From contig NC_069002.1 of the NCBI RefSeq assembly GCF_001194135.2, forward strand, positions 30,073,409-30,117,257: a DNA stretch of 43,849 nucleotides, in the 5' to 3' direction. The DNA comes from Octopus bimaculoides. Its lineage: Eukaryota. Below are positions 13,633-26,154 of the stretch, piece by piece (the first letter of the stretch is position 1; every line of letters begins with the position of its first letter). Under the pieces are notes generated by a model, which saw nothing but the letters and a program-made list of their open reading frames with translations, was not told where the DNA came from and searched no databases. The translations under genes were made by a program, and so were the position numbers.

Positions 13633-14760
13633 AAGCAATCTCATTGTTAAAACTAACTGACAACTCTCTGATTTTCCTTTTTAAGGAAACACACCACCTG
13701 TTGTTGATAATGGTTCCCGTCAATTCCCATTTAAGTAGCCCACTAATCCGGTCCTTGAAATGTTTGTTTTTTTTTTGTGCCGGGAAGAACGCGTTCATCT
13801 TCCAATAACCAGATCCTAGTTTGATTGTTTTTCCTAAGTTGACTGTAAAGGTCCCGAATTTGTGATCGGAATAGCCAACAATCTGAAACTGCCTATCTGC
13901 TAGCCTAATAGAAACCCTATCTAAGAAGACGGTAAGCTGCCAGAAACGTTAGCACGCCGGGCGAAATGCTTAGCGGTATTTTGTCTGTCTTTATGTTCTG
14001 AGTTCAAATTCCGCCGAGGTCGACTTTGCCTTTCATCATTTCGGGGTCGATAAATTAAGTACCAGTTACGCACAGGGGTCAATGTAATCGGCTCAATTCC
14101 TTTGTCTGTCCTTGTTTGTCCTCTCTATGTTTAGCCCTTTTTGGGCAATAAAGAAATAAGAAACCCTATCTAAGTATGACCTGAAAGACCCACTGCCATT
14201 TGACCAAGTTCACACCGGTGCATTTGGGTAATCGAGGCGAAGCCTATCATACAGTTGGAAATTCCTGAAGAAGTTAGCGAGGCTTTTGCACCCCACTCTT
14301 CTATCCGCTGCTCCTACATAATCTTTGCTTGTGTCTAAGATCCCATTCCAGTCGCCCACTAACGCCAACGAGTGAGATATCTCTAAGAAAGTCTATAGAC
14401 GTCTAAAGAAATTTGGTCGTCCAGCTCCTGTTGGGACATAGACTGCCACTAATCTGAAGGCTCCCCTATTGCCTTCTTTGCTGCTTACATCCAAGACCAC
14501 CACCCTACCGACCGGATCGAGGAAAACCGTACTCACCTTCGAATCAAGGATTTTCCGAAACAGCACCGCGACGCTATTTGATTCAGGCCGACCAGAGGAG
14601 GTATAAACTTCGTAGTCGTCCAGAAGAGCAAGTAACTGCGTTTCACAAATCCTAGTTTCACTAATGGCTACTGCGTCCAGACGTAGTGACCTGAGGTTGT
14701 TGAGCATGGTGATCCTGTATCCACGCTGCCCTCAGGCCACAAGCATTTCTCCCTTTAATC
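13631..14760 (-). mobile_element. Tx1/L1-like LINE ORF2 APE endonuclease region, pseudogenised and interrupted by a SINE
   Basis: NACGL (NVRGL-like), SETRI, VAVYVP, VGDWNGILD, TWSN..SYLDR, [SINE], GYSDH, GYWKMN, LKRKIRELS. In-frame stops and a frameshift near 14708. Confidence 0.85.
13926..14158 (+). mobile_element. SINE family A, tail type 2, with 16-bp TSD
   Basis: agaaaccctatctaag at both 13910-13925 and 14159-14174. Confidence 0.95.
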
Positions 14761-14946
14761 GATGTTTTTTTGTTGTGTTTTTGTCTTGTTTTGCGTGTGT
14801 GTGTGTGTGTGTGTGTGTATGTTTGTGTGTATGTTTGTGTGTGTGTATGTGTGTGTTGTAAGTCGTCCCTTGATATTGTCCTCCATGCTTTGGGCCCTTG
14901 CGACCAATAAAAGAAATCATTATAGTTATTGTTGCTGTTGTTGTCG

Positions 14947-15000
<54 letters not shown>

Positions 15001-15133
15001 TTGCTGTTTTGGTTGCTGTTGTTGTTGTGAACGTTCACAGAACTCTAGAACGTTCACTCTAGAACTCTAGAACACACAGAACTTTAGAACGTTCACAGAA
15101 CTTCGTAGATATTTTCTTCCAGGAGAAATAAGT

Positions 15134-15195
15134 GAGTGAGTGAGTGAGTGAGTGAGTGAGTGAGTGAGTGAGTGAGTGAGTGAGTGAGTGAGTCA
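15134..15195. repeat. (GAGT)n microsatellite
   Basis: Read directly. Confidence 0.95.
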
Positions 15196-15909
15196 GTCAG
15201 TAGGAAAGACAGTATGGTAGTGAGAGTATAAAAAATAAGATAAACTTTTCAAATATTTAAATACAAGTTAAACAAAGTCCACTCAATCGCAGAGTAACGA
15301 CCTGAGTAAAAACTATAAAATGAAGGCGAAGATTTTCACAAGGAGTCAATACTCGATGGTATTGGAGTGATGAAGAAATGCTACAAGATAACAACAAGAA
15401 ATATGAGAAGTGACAGCGGCAAGATTTGAAGTAATGTGCTAAAAGAATAACTGAAAGAAGATAAAATAAAACACATGAAGAAAATAGCGTAAGGCTGAAA
15501 GCAGAAACATTAAGATTTTGTGAAAAGAGATTGAAATAAACTCGTCGTTTTTCACCGCTATTACATTAGTTAGAATATGACATTTCACATATATTTAGAT
15601 TTCACTGAAAATTTTATCGAGCGATGAAAGTTTTATTTAAAATTCAATTTCGTTTTATTTTTACCTTCTAATTCGGGAAATATGATCATTTACCTTTTTG
15701 TCTCTCTTGTTTTTACTTTTGTTTGCACATTGTTTTCATTGTTTTGTTTAATTTTTTTTTTTTTTCGTTTATTCAGTCGTTTATTTTTTTTTATATCACT
15801 GCTGTTGTTCTAAGCGATAAATGATGTATGAATGTTATTGATAGAAGACAAGGAAAGCTGATAACGTCGAATGTGTGATGAAGGCGAATATGTGTGTGTG
15901 TGTATGTGC

Positions 15910-15941
<32 letters not shown>

Positions 15942-16439
15942 GGCATATGTGTGTGTGTGTCTGTATGTATATTTGTGCGTTTAACTAGACAAATAGAAGC
16001 GGAGAAGTAAAAAGTAATCATCATACTAAAGTTTATTTATAGAACATGATTTAATTGCCTGAAGAATATTTAAGAAAGGCACGAAACGAAAGACTTTTAA
16101 ATAACAGAGACATAGATATAATCTAGCATAAATTTTAACTAGACGGTCGAATTTAAGATTATACCTTGATTTTTACGTCATAATAAAAATATGCACTAAA
16201 ATAACTGAACGACTGCACTAAATTAACTGAAACGTATACCAATATCATTTTCTTTTAACATCTTATAAACAGAATTTATTCCATCACTTTCTCTTTCGCT
16301 CTTTTCTTCACTGTAAGATGAAGGATAAATGTACGAAACGTTACAAACATTACATCCTACGCCTCCTTACGGCAAGTCAAATTTAACTCTTCTACAAAGT
16401 TTCCTCCTATGGATTACACATTTTTAAAATAGAGGACTT

Positions 16440-16839
16440 CGAAAGAATCCTTTGATGTATAATCTGGTTGTTTTTAGGAAGCTAGGAATAGTTAAACGTC
16501 TTGTGAGGGTTATATGGAGATGACGGTTAGCAGGATGAGGGTTAGCAATGATTCCACCGTGAAGGTCGCGATATATCAGGGCGCAGTCCTTATCTCCGCC
16601 TGTTCATCATAGCTCTTTATAAACAATTCTTGAAAACTCCAGCATGTTGATGACTTAGTTCTTATCGGAGAATTCGTAGAAGATTTGGACAAGAAATTCT
16701 GAAAGCGGATATAAATTTGGTCTTGAAGACCCTTAAATTAAACTTAGTAAAGTAAGTAGAAAAGAAGACAAGCTCCTACAACATCGAGAAAATGGCTGCG
16801 CCGAAAAGGAATTGGTGAAGGTTGCATACGGTATTCGCA
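16440..16839 (+). mobile_element. Decayed RTE-like reverse transcriptase fragment
   Basis: Fragments IWLFLRKLGI, VKVAIYQGAVL (QG at 16577), RLFIIAL and HVDDLVLIGEFVEDLDKKF* (YADD-like at 16643-16654); multiple frameshifts. Confidence 0.7.
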
Positions 16840-16847
16840 GGATAGAC

Positions 16848-17080
16848 CAACGATTCTCAACCATTTTTTTTACTATGGACCCCTTTTATTCCTATTTTAC
16901 TTGGGTGGACCCACTTGGCCATTCGATATTTAAAAAATCCTATTATATATTTATAATCAAATATTAAGAATTGCCTTAAAATGTTAAAATATTTTGTGTA
17001 TTGTTGACGTAAAACCAAATTATTGCGCCTAAATTTTAACAACCCTACACCTCTTCCCCCGGGTCATATGAGAAGCACTG
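16848..17080. mobile_element. hAT (Charlie-like) MITE
   Basis: Termini caacgattctca and cagtgcttctca (rc) match at 9/12; 8-bp TSD ggatagac (16840-16847) and gtatagac (17081-17088). Confidence 0.75.
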
Positions 17081-17339
17081 GTATAGACAGAGCATCGCTA
17101 ATTTCCTTAAAGTCCAGATTTTGCCTTATCCCATCATTTTGTCAGAATGACAAACCAACGAGGAATTAATCTATGCCGTCGTTTGATCTACCAGAAACAG
17201 CAGCCAAATCTCTTTTGTATCATACACTCCTGTCTTAAGAAAAGAAGGCGCCATTCGATAGATATACCTCGTCTGAATAAAATACGTTGTGGTCATAGCT
17301 GATACGTATTTCATTGTACGTTTGCTGGTTTATAGATTG

Positions 17340-17658
17340 CTGGCCCTCCGTCGGTTACGACGACGAGTACTCTAGTTAAGCGGAGAAACCAAACAGCTTG
17401 CTCATAAAACTAACGGAAAAGTGGCTGAGCACTCCACAGACACGTATACACTTAATGTAGTTCTCAAACAGATTTAGCATCACACAAGATATGGCATGAA
17501 ACGCAAGTACTACTTGCTTTTACTATCTGAGTGGACAGGAGCAACGAGAAATTAAGTGTCTTGCTGAAGGACACAACGCACCGCCGGGAATCGAACTCAC
17601 GATTAGGGTATATTCGTGAGCCGAATATACCCTAACCACTAAGCCACGTGCCTTCACG
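17340..17658 (-). mobile_element. tRNA-derived SINE, family C (3' tail shared with family B)
   Basis: rc head gtgaaggcacgtggcttagtggttagg...gagttcgattccc; tail homologous to 1640-1770. Confidence 0.8.
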
Positions 17659-18360
17659 GTTAATAGATTAACCTGGGGGTTAAAAAATAACATCGTGTTT
17701 GAGTAAAGTTAAAACAGCATGAAACCCGCCATAGAGTATCATTGGAATCCAACATTATTTGTGGGGTATAAACCAATGAAACACCCGTCGATTTTACTAT
17801 ACTCCTGCAACCGATTACTGTAACCAGTTTCACAACACTGTCTTAAGTTTTACAGAATTAAACCATTGAAAATTAGATGTTTTAATCACTGATGCAGCAC
17901 ATTGTCAATTTTCAAAAGAAAATCAGTATCGCCTTCGCCTGACAGTATACAAATGTATAGAGAGAAGCGGGAAACACATGAATAAAAACGAAGTTACTAT
18001 GGCTAACACTTTATCAAAATATTTATCTACTTGTGCATTATACAAGAACTCTTATGTACCCTCTTTGAACTATTTACTCTAAACATTATTTATGTTTAAT
18101 ATATTCTTTCACACATGATTAATGACATCTTTAGCTACTCATATCTTATATAAGAGCAGATACTGTACATAGCAACAATGAAGAATATATTCTAAGCATT
18201 ATGGGCATTTTAGTCCAGTCGTTTACATTCACATAAGAGCACATAGTAACAATGAAGTATACATTCTAAATGTTATTGGCATTTTAGTTTAGTCATTTAC
18301 ACGTAATCAATTATTAGCTATCAACTCAAGTTTTTATGGTACCATATATACATATGTATC

Positions 18361-18427
<67 letters not shown>

Positions 18428-20104
18428 NNNNNNNNNNNNNNNNNNNNNNNNNNNNNNNNNNNNNNNNNNNNNNNNNNNNNNNNNNNNNNNNNNNNNNNNN
18501 NNNNNNNNNNNNNNNNNNNNNNNNNNNNNNNNNNNNNNNNNNNNNNNNNNNNNNNNNNNNNNNNNNNNNNNNNNNNNNNNNNNNNNNNNNNNNNNNNNNN
18601 NNNNNNNNNNNNNNNNNNNNNNNNNNNNNNNNNNNNNNNNNNNNNNNNNNNNNNNNNNNNNNNNNNNNNNNNNNNNNNNNNNNNNNNNNNNNNNNNNNNN
18701 NNNNNNNNNNNNNNNNNNNNNNNNNNNNNNNNNNNNNNNNNNNNNNNNNNNNNNNNNNNNNNNNNNNNNNNNNNNNNNNNNNNNNNNNNNNNNNNNNNNN
18801 NNNNNNNNNNNNNNNNNNNNNNNNNNNNNNNNNNNNNNNNNNNNNNNNNNNNNNNNNNNNNNNNNNNNNNNNNNNNNNNNNNNNNNNNNNNNNNNNNNNN
18901 NNNNNNNNNNNNNNNNNNNNNNNNNNNNNNNNNNNNNNNNNNNNNNNNNNNNNNNNNNNNNNNNNNNNNNNNNNNNNNNNNNNNNNNNNNNNNNNNNNNN
19001 NNNNNNNNNNNNNNNNNNNNNNNNNNNNNNNNNNNNNNNNNNNNNNNNNNNNNNNNNNNNNNNNNNNNNNNNNNNNNNNNNNNNNNNNNNNNNNNNNNNN
19101 NNNNNNNNNNNNNNNNNNNNNNNNNNNNNNNNNNNNNNNNNNNNNNNNNNNNNNNNNNNNNNNNNNNNNNNNNNNNNNNNNNNNNNNNNNNNNNNNNNNN
19201 NNNNNNNNNNNNNNNNNNNNNNNNNNNNNNNNNNNNNNNNNNNNNNNNNNNNNNNNNNNNNNNNNNNNNNNNNNNNNNNNNNNNNNNNNNNNNNNNNNNN
19301 NNNNNNNNNNNNNNNNNNNNNNNNNNNNNNNNNNNNNNNNNNNNNNNNNNNNNNNNNNNNNNNNNNNNNNNNNNNNNNNNNNNNNNNNNNNNNNTATATA
19401 TATATATGTATGTATGTATATATATATATATATGTTTGTATGTATGTATGTATTATACAATCTATTCATTTTGATACGTTCTGGCAGATTTTGTTGGGAA
19501 TATTTGATCGTTCTGGTTTTTCGTCATCGGAGAACATCTATCTTTAGATGATGTGTGTTTATAACACACGCAATTTACTGGCGTATGGAGACTTCGAGAG
19601 GCCACGCTGTTTTGACCAGTGTGTCTCCTCAATCATAGTTTTGACCAGTGTGTTGCCTCGATCAATCTAGTAAGAGCACATGATCTTTTTCCCCTCTAAA
19701 GAAATCAACAAACGAATTATTTGATAACGCGTGGTGATGTTATTCAGTTATTAATTCATGGAGTGGATAAAGAAAAGTGTGAATCCAAACAACGACAGCC
19801 ATTTATTCTTAATACGTTCTGGCAGACTCTGACGAAGAATATGATCAGTGAACGCCTTCCTTAAGACGATGTGTAAATTAACAGGCCATTCACCGTTGTA
19901 AGGAAACGTACGGACACCGTAGTGTTTTGATCTTATCGTGTGTCTTCTTAGCCAGAGCTACACCGCTTGGCCAATGAAGCTAATAAGGACACGGCCCTTT
20001 TGTTTATAAAATTATGTAAACTATTTATTTGCTGATGCGTTTTGATGTCTCGTAAACAGATAATTCATAGAGTGGTGATAACTCATGAATTTTATATATA
20101 TATG

Positions 20105-20162
<58 letters not shown>

Positions 20163-20164
20163 TA

Positions 20165-20475
20165 TATACATATATACATATATATATAAAATACAAAATG
20201 GGACAAAAGCGCAAAACATCCAGATAGTTAGGTGATACAAGAAAGGGACAACAAAACATCAAGATAAACGATACAAAGAAAACAAGGACGGGTCATTCGA
20301 AGTTTTCTTTCCTCAGTCGAGTACCATATTGTCTTCGCAATTTCGGCTGATTATACTCGAGATTGATCCAATCTAGCCAGCCCCAAGGAAAAACTAAGCT
20401 AAGAGTATTAGATTCCTTTGAAGATAGCAGCGAAAGTATACAAAAACAAGGATGGAAAAAAACGGACAATGTTAC
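20165..20475. mobile_element. Unclassified interspersed repeat abutting (TA)n, runs into a gap
   Basis: Internal direct repeat (caaaacatccagatag / caaaacatcaagataa...gatacaa). Recognised from memory as a common octopus repeat, possibly Penelope-like; no second copy in the window. Confidence 0.4.
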
Positions 20476-21446
20476 NNNNNNNNNNNNNNNNNNNNNNNNN
20501 NNNNNNNNNNNNNNNNNNNNNNNNNNNNNNNNNNNNNNNNNNNNNNNNNNNNNNNNNNNNNNNNNNNNNNNNNNNNNNNNNNNNNNNNNNNNNNNNNNNN
20601 NNNNNNNNNNNNNNNNNNNTATACATACATATTTATACATACATACATACACGTATGTGTATGTAAACCAAGGAAGATAACTTAATTATACTAAACCAGT
20701 TTTATCACCGTTCCGCTGTAAATTTAAGATGACCTTTACTTCGTTCACATGAGATAAGCTTATTATAAGCCCTACAAGTTTGCTCCAACCCATCCCTACA
20801 GTATGTGTATTACAGAAAAACATGTTCAAAAGACGGTTAGCTGTCTGATTCATTACACCGTCACTCAAAATGCCATGCGTTGTTTCTTTCCATTCTTTAC
20901 TTTCAGAGTTCAAAACCCGCTGAGTTCAACTTTGCCTCAGATCCGTTCGGATCGATTAAATATAAGACCAGTCTCCTTATTGAGTCCATTAACCCATCAC
21001 CTTAAAACGTCAGACCTTGTAGCTAAATTAGAGAGAATTATTCAAGATTGCACTAAGCAGTAAATGGATTGTCTTCATTTGATGATCTGTAAATTTCTTC
21101 ATAATTATTGTCGTTCATTTTTCCTAGGTATGGTATTAAACTGCTCTGGTCGTGGGACCCTGGTTCGAAAGTTCCAGTGCTTTGTGGGGTGTGAACCTGT
21201 CTCCAGGTTTTCTTTGACCCCTAGAAGTAGCAGATGTCAGAATCCCAGTCATGACTTAAATAGCATATTATGGAAGAAAATTCAAGCACAAACCCTCAAT
21301 GACTTGTGAGTGCCTTCGGAAAGGAAAAAACCAAGGAAGTCAACCTCGACAACAAATCAAATAGAAGAAACTGTCGGGTTTCCCGGTGCCCACTCTGACA
21401 TCCTTCCGACAACTCCAGAGTAGGTGGACTTCTCCAGCTCTGTAAA

Positions 21447-21570
21447 AATACCGCGCCAATGTAAAACCTAGTTTTCTGGTTCTCGTAGCTGTCTTAGTCC
21501 ACAGAGCCAATACCGCACCAATATAAAACCTAGTTTTCTGGTTCTCGTAGCCGTCTTAGTCCACAGAGCC
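21447..21570 (+). repeat. 62-bp tandem duplication (2 copies, 3 mismatches)
   Basis: 21447-21508 versus 21509-21570. Confidence 0.95.
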
Positions 21571-22218
21571 ACTGTGGTCAAACTTCCAAGTCTAAAGAGT
21601 GAGATCGGGTTGCGCGGACTGTCTCTCAGTTTCACACTACTAAGTACAAGTAGAAAGGAAAGCCCTACGGCGACGCTACTGCATGGTACTGCCCGTCACA
21701 GCCTCAACTCTGCATTCAAGCAACCTCTCTTCCTTCTGGACCTCGGACACAAAAAACTGCCATTATCGTCATTGATATGGTTTGCAATTCCGTTAGGTGA
21801 AACTTTAATGTAGCAAAAATTATGTCCATTTTAATCTGTATCAATACATATGTTTTCTCTCTGCCCAGTATTGGGTTCTCTCTTACATGTTTTATGGCAT
21901 CATCTTTGCTGAACTGTTCGGTGTCTGTGAATATGTGTTTATCTTCGTATATATATTTACATTTGTGTGTACATTTTCAAATATATACATTGGTGTACAT
22001 ATATATTACAATATGATGTAACTGTGACATATAATTCAAATATATCACGTAAAAGTATGTAACATTTATCGTCCGTGTCGGTACACGACTGCGTGGGTTT
22101 AGAATGTGTGTATGTGTGTTAGAGAGAGAAAATGTGTGTATACATACATACACATATACATATGTATCATATGTATATAGAGCTATATACATATAAATGT
22201 AACGATTTATATAGAGAT

Positions 22219-22251
<33 letters not shown>

Positions 22252-22352
22252 CATACATATATATAAATATATGTATATACATTTATATATACACATTTAT
22301 ACATATGTATAGAAGTGCATCTACATATATATCCAACTATGCATACATATAC

Positions 22353-22396
<44 letters not shown>

Positions 22397-23248
22397 GTAT
22401 ATGTATAAGTATATATACATGTATATATATATNNNNNNNNNNNNNNNNNNNNNNNNNNNNNNNNNNNNNNNNNNNNNNNNNNNNNNNNNNNNNNNNNNNN
22501 NNNNNNNNNNNNNNNNNNNNNNNNNNNNNNNNNNNNNNNNNNNNNNNNNNNNNNNNNNNNNNNNNNNNNNNNNNNNNNNNNNNNNNNNNNNNNNNNNNNN
22601 NNNNNNNNNNNNNNNNNNNNNNNNNNNNNNNNNNNNNNNNNNNNNNNNNNNNNNNNNNNNNNNNNNNNNNNNNNNNNNNNNNNNNNNNNNNNNNNNNNNN
22701 NNNNNNNNNNNNNNNNNNNNNNNNNNNNNNNNNNNNNNNNNNNNNNNNNNNNNNNNNNNNNNNNNNNNNNNNNNNNNNNNNNNNNNNNNNNNNNNNNNNN
22801 NNNNNNNNNNNNNNNNNNNNNNNNNNNNNNNNNNNNNNNNNNTGTGTGTGTGTGTGTCTAACGATTTTTGAGACATTTAAGATGTGAGAAAATCTGTTAC
22901 AATTTTCAAAGCCATTCTGAAGAACAACATATGTTTAACATGTTGCTCCTTAGGTCTTGTTGCAATTTTATTTTGTTTTTGTTTTTGTTTTTGTGATAAT
23001 TGTTTGGTTTTGTTTTGTTGTTTTCTGTCTTGTGTGATACTTTCGTTGCTAATGCGATAACGTTGCTGTTCTCGTTTGCATTTCATTTAAATTAAACTCT
23101 CATTCACACGAACATAGATACTAAATACATACACACACACACACATATATATATATACATACATACATACATACATACATACATACATACATGCATACGC
23201 TCATGCATATACATGATATACATCTATATATACACATATGTAATATAA

Positions 23249-24044
23249 ATACATACATACACTCAAATATACATACACACATCATACACACGTATATAAC
23301 ATACACACACGCACACGTACACACACATATATAACATACACACACGCTCATGTACGCACACATACATACACACACGTAACCCCATACATACATACATACA
23401 CACATAATATGTATGTATACATACACATATATGCATTATATACATGTATGCATACACACAAATATACATACACACATGCATGCATACATTCATTCACACA
23501 TACATGCATGCATACATATATGCACACATACATGCATACACACATATATGCACACACGTATCCTACACATGCATACATACTTACATACATGCATGTAAAC
23601 ATATTTGCAAACATATATACCTAAACATACATATATACACANNNNNNNNNNATACATACATACACTCAAATATACATACACACATCATACACACGTATAT
23701 AACATACACACACGCACACGTACACACACATATATAACATACACACACGCTCATGTACGCACACATACATACACACACGTAACCCCATACATACATACAT
23801 ACACACATAATATGTATGTATACATACACATATATGCATTATATACATGTATGCATACACACAAATATACATACACACATGCATGCATACATTCATTCAC
23901 ACATACATGCATGCATACATATATGCACACATACATGCATACACACATATATGCACACACGTATCCTACACATGCATACATACTTACATACATGCATGTA
24001 AACATATTTGCAAACATATATACCTAAACATACATATATACACA
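23249..24044. repeat. 393-bp identical duplication across a 10-N gap (probable assembly artefact)
   Basis: 23249-23641 matches 23652-24044; the ORF track shows identical peptides at offset 403. Confidence 0.85.
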
Positions 24045-24446
24045 CATACATACACACATACATACACATACATACACATATACATACACACATATATACA
24101 CATACAACATTCATGGCAACATACATACAAACATACATGCATACACGCACGCATACACGCATACACACACAAATACACGCATATGCATACATGCAGACAT
24201 AGATACATATACATGCATACATACATACATACATACACACATACATATAGACACACATGCATGCATAGACACACATGCATAGATACACATGCATACATAC
24301 ACACTCACACGTACAACATTCATGGAAAAGTAATTAAAAGAATTTTTTTAATTATTGAAAACAACGACCAGAAACAATATTCCAGAAACCGAAATCTCTG
24401 GTATCGAATGACGACAAGACATTGTGTAACCGAAACCAAGAACTCA

Positions 24447-24699
24447 ATACTCAGAAAACAAGCAAATGCCTCCTCTAAGAAGACGCGGTGTATTAATCTA
24501 CCAATTTACTCTCCCGCCAATGAGCGAGTATTCATACGCGTTCGCTCGCCTTCCAAGAAATAGTCCGCAATTCTGTCCATCAAAATACGTACTGAAACGT
24601 TTTGTCCGATGCTCTACCGACTTCGCCAATCCAAACAGCTCTTATATGAAGTACAATGACGTTGTGTATAATTTAATTGTGGTGTATAATTCGAGTATA
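24447..24699. repeat. 253-bp local duplication, copy 1
   Basis: Ungapped match to 26155-26407 with 17 differences by my count. Confidence 0.95.
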
Positions 24700-24704
24700 C
24701 GTTA

Positions 24705-24782
24705 TCATCATCATCATCATCATCGCATCATCGTCATTATCATCATCATCGCATCATCGTCATCATCATCATCATCATCCTC

Positions 24783-24832
<50 letters not shown>

Positions 24833-25135
24833 TATCCTCATTATTGTCATCATCATCACCATCATCCTCGTCATCAGCATCATCATCATTATCATCATTG
24901 CCATCGCCATAATTACCATCATCATCACCATCATTATCATCGCCCTTACCCCCAACATCATCATCATCATCAGCAGCACCTCTACAGTTATCATCGTCGT
25001 CATCATTACCATCACCGACACCATCATCATCACCACCATCGTCACCCTCACCATTACCATCAACATCATTATCATCATCATCATCACCATCGTCATCATC
25101 ATCATCATCGTCAACAACAGCAACAACAACAGAAG
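24705..25135. repeat. Degenerate (CAT)n microsatellite
   Basis: Read directly; source of the poly-H/D/M/S ORFs. Confidence 0.95.
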
Positions 25136-25364
25136 CATCGACAGCATCCGTCTGCCGCCAGTGTTCCAACCGACAATCTGTCCGACCAGGCGGAAGCTGC
25201 GAGATACGAGAAGCGATTCAGGTCAGTTTGAAGTAACGAGATAATAAACCTTGTCCCATAATTTGACTTCCCATTTAAATGCTTGCTACAAGACGTCCAA
25301 AGCCAAACACTTCCTCACCGCAGCGTTACTGCGCGAAATCTTGGATTGAAAATTGTTTCTAATT

Positions 25365-25520
25365 AAGGCTCAAGGCCGGCAATTCTGAAAAGAGAGACGT
25401 TACTTCATTATACCTCCGGTAGAGTGAAAGGCGAAGTCGACCTCGGCGGAATTTCAAATCAGTATGAAAAAAAACGGACGAAATACCGCTAGGTATTTTG
25501 CCTGGCGTACTCCCTGCCTT
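25365..25520 (-). mobile_element. SINE family A, degenerate
   Basis: rc core gtcgacctcggcggaattt and aaataccgctagg. Confidence 0.75.
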
Positions 25521-25561
25521 GATAATAATAATGATAACAATAATAGTAATAATAATAATAC

Positions 25562-25626
<65 letters not shown>

Positions 25627-25629
<3 letters not shown>

Positions 25630-25838
25630 TAGTTTTATTTTTATAACGTGCTTTCACTTCACTACCGAGCGCAGCTCTGTGCGCCTTGGGTATGTGCTGT
25701 GGTTTGCTGTGGTGCTCTTATGTTTACTGTATTGAAAGTGTTTTGCGTAGGATGTGTGCAGTGCCCAGTAGTGCAATTTTCTGTATGTTATATATATTTG
25801 TAAGTCCTGGTGTTTTTGTTATGTATTTGTCTGAATAT
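25627..25838 (-). mobile_element. R4/Dong-like family 1 3' end
   Basis: Near-identical to about 12957-13170; reads TPGLTNIYNIQKIALLGTAHILRKTLSIQ* in frame; (ATT)n on both sides. Confidence 0.8.
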
Positions 25839-25852
25839 TATTTTTATTATAC

Positions 25853-25889
<37 letters not shown>

Positions 25890-25890
<1 letters not shown>

Positions 25891-26145
25891 ATCTTTTCTA
25901 CTATAAGCACAAGGCCTGAAATTTGGGCGGAAGGGGTAAGTCGATTACATCAACCCTAGTGCATAACTGGTACTTATTTTGATAGTTTCAAATTATGACA
26001 CAAGGCAAGCAATTTGTTTCAGGGGAGGAGCTAATCAATTACATTGACCCCCACTACTTGATTGGTATTTTATTTTATCGATCCCGAAAAGATGAAAAGT
26101 AAAGTTGATCTTGGCGGAATTGGAACTCAGACAATAATAGCCAGA
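25890..26145 (-). mobile_element. Two adjacent SINE family A 3' portions
   Basis: Two successive cacaaggc...gattacat..acc...tggta(c/t)tt motifs. Confidence 0.7.
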
Positions 26146-26154
26146 TGAAGCTGG

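Noticed and set aside
20290-20320. Hammerhead-like ctgaggaaag…cttcgaat on the minus strand
   Set aside because: GAAT instead of GAAA, and no stem I or III.
21128-21305. Plus-strand 178-nt segment with ttcctag| and |gtgagt and one open frame
   Set aside because: No recognisable motif and no partner exons; such sites arise by chance in 40 kb. RNA-seq would settle it.
24720-25169. Asp-rich (aspein-like) and His-rich ORFs
   Set aside because: Degenerate (CAT)n microsatellite that is open in several frames on both strands.
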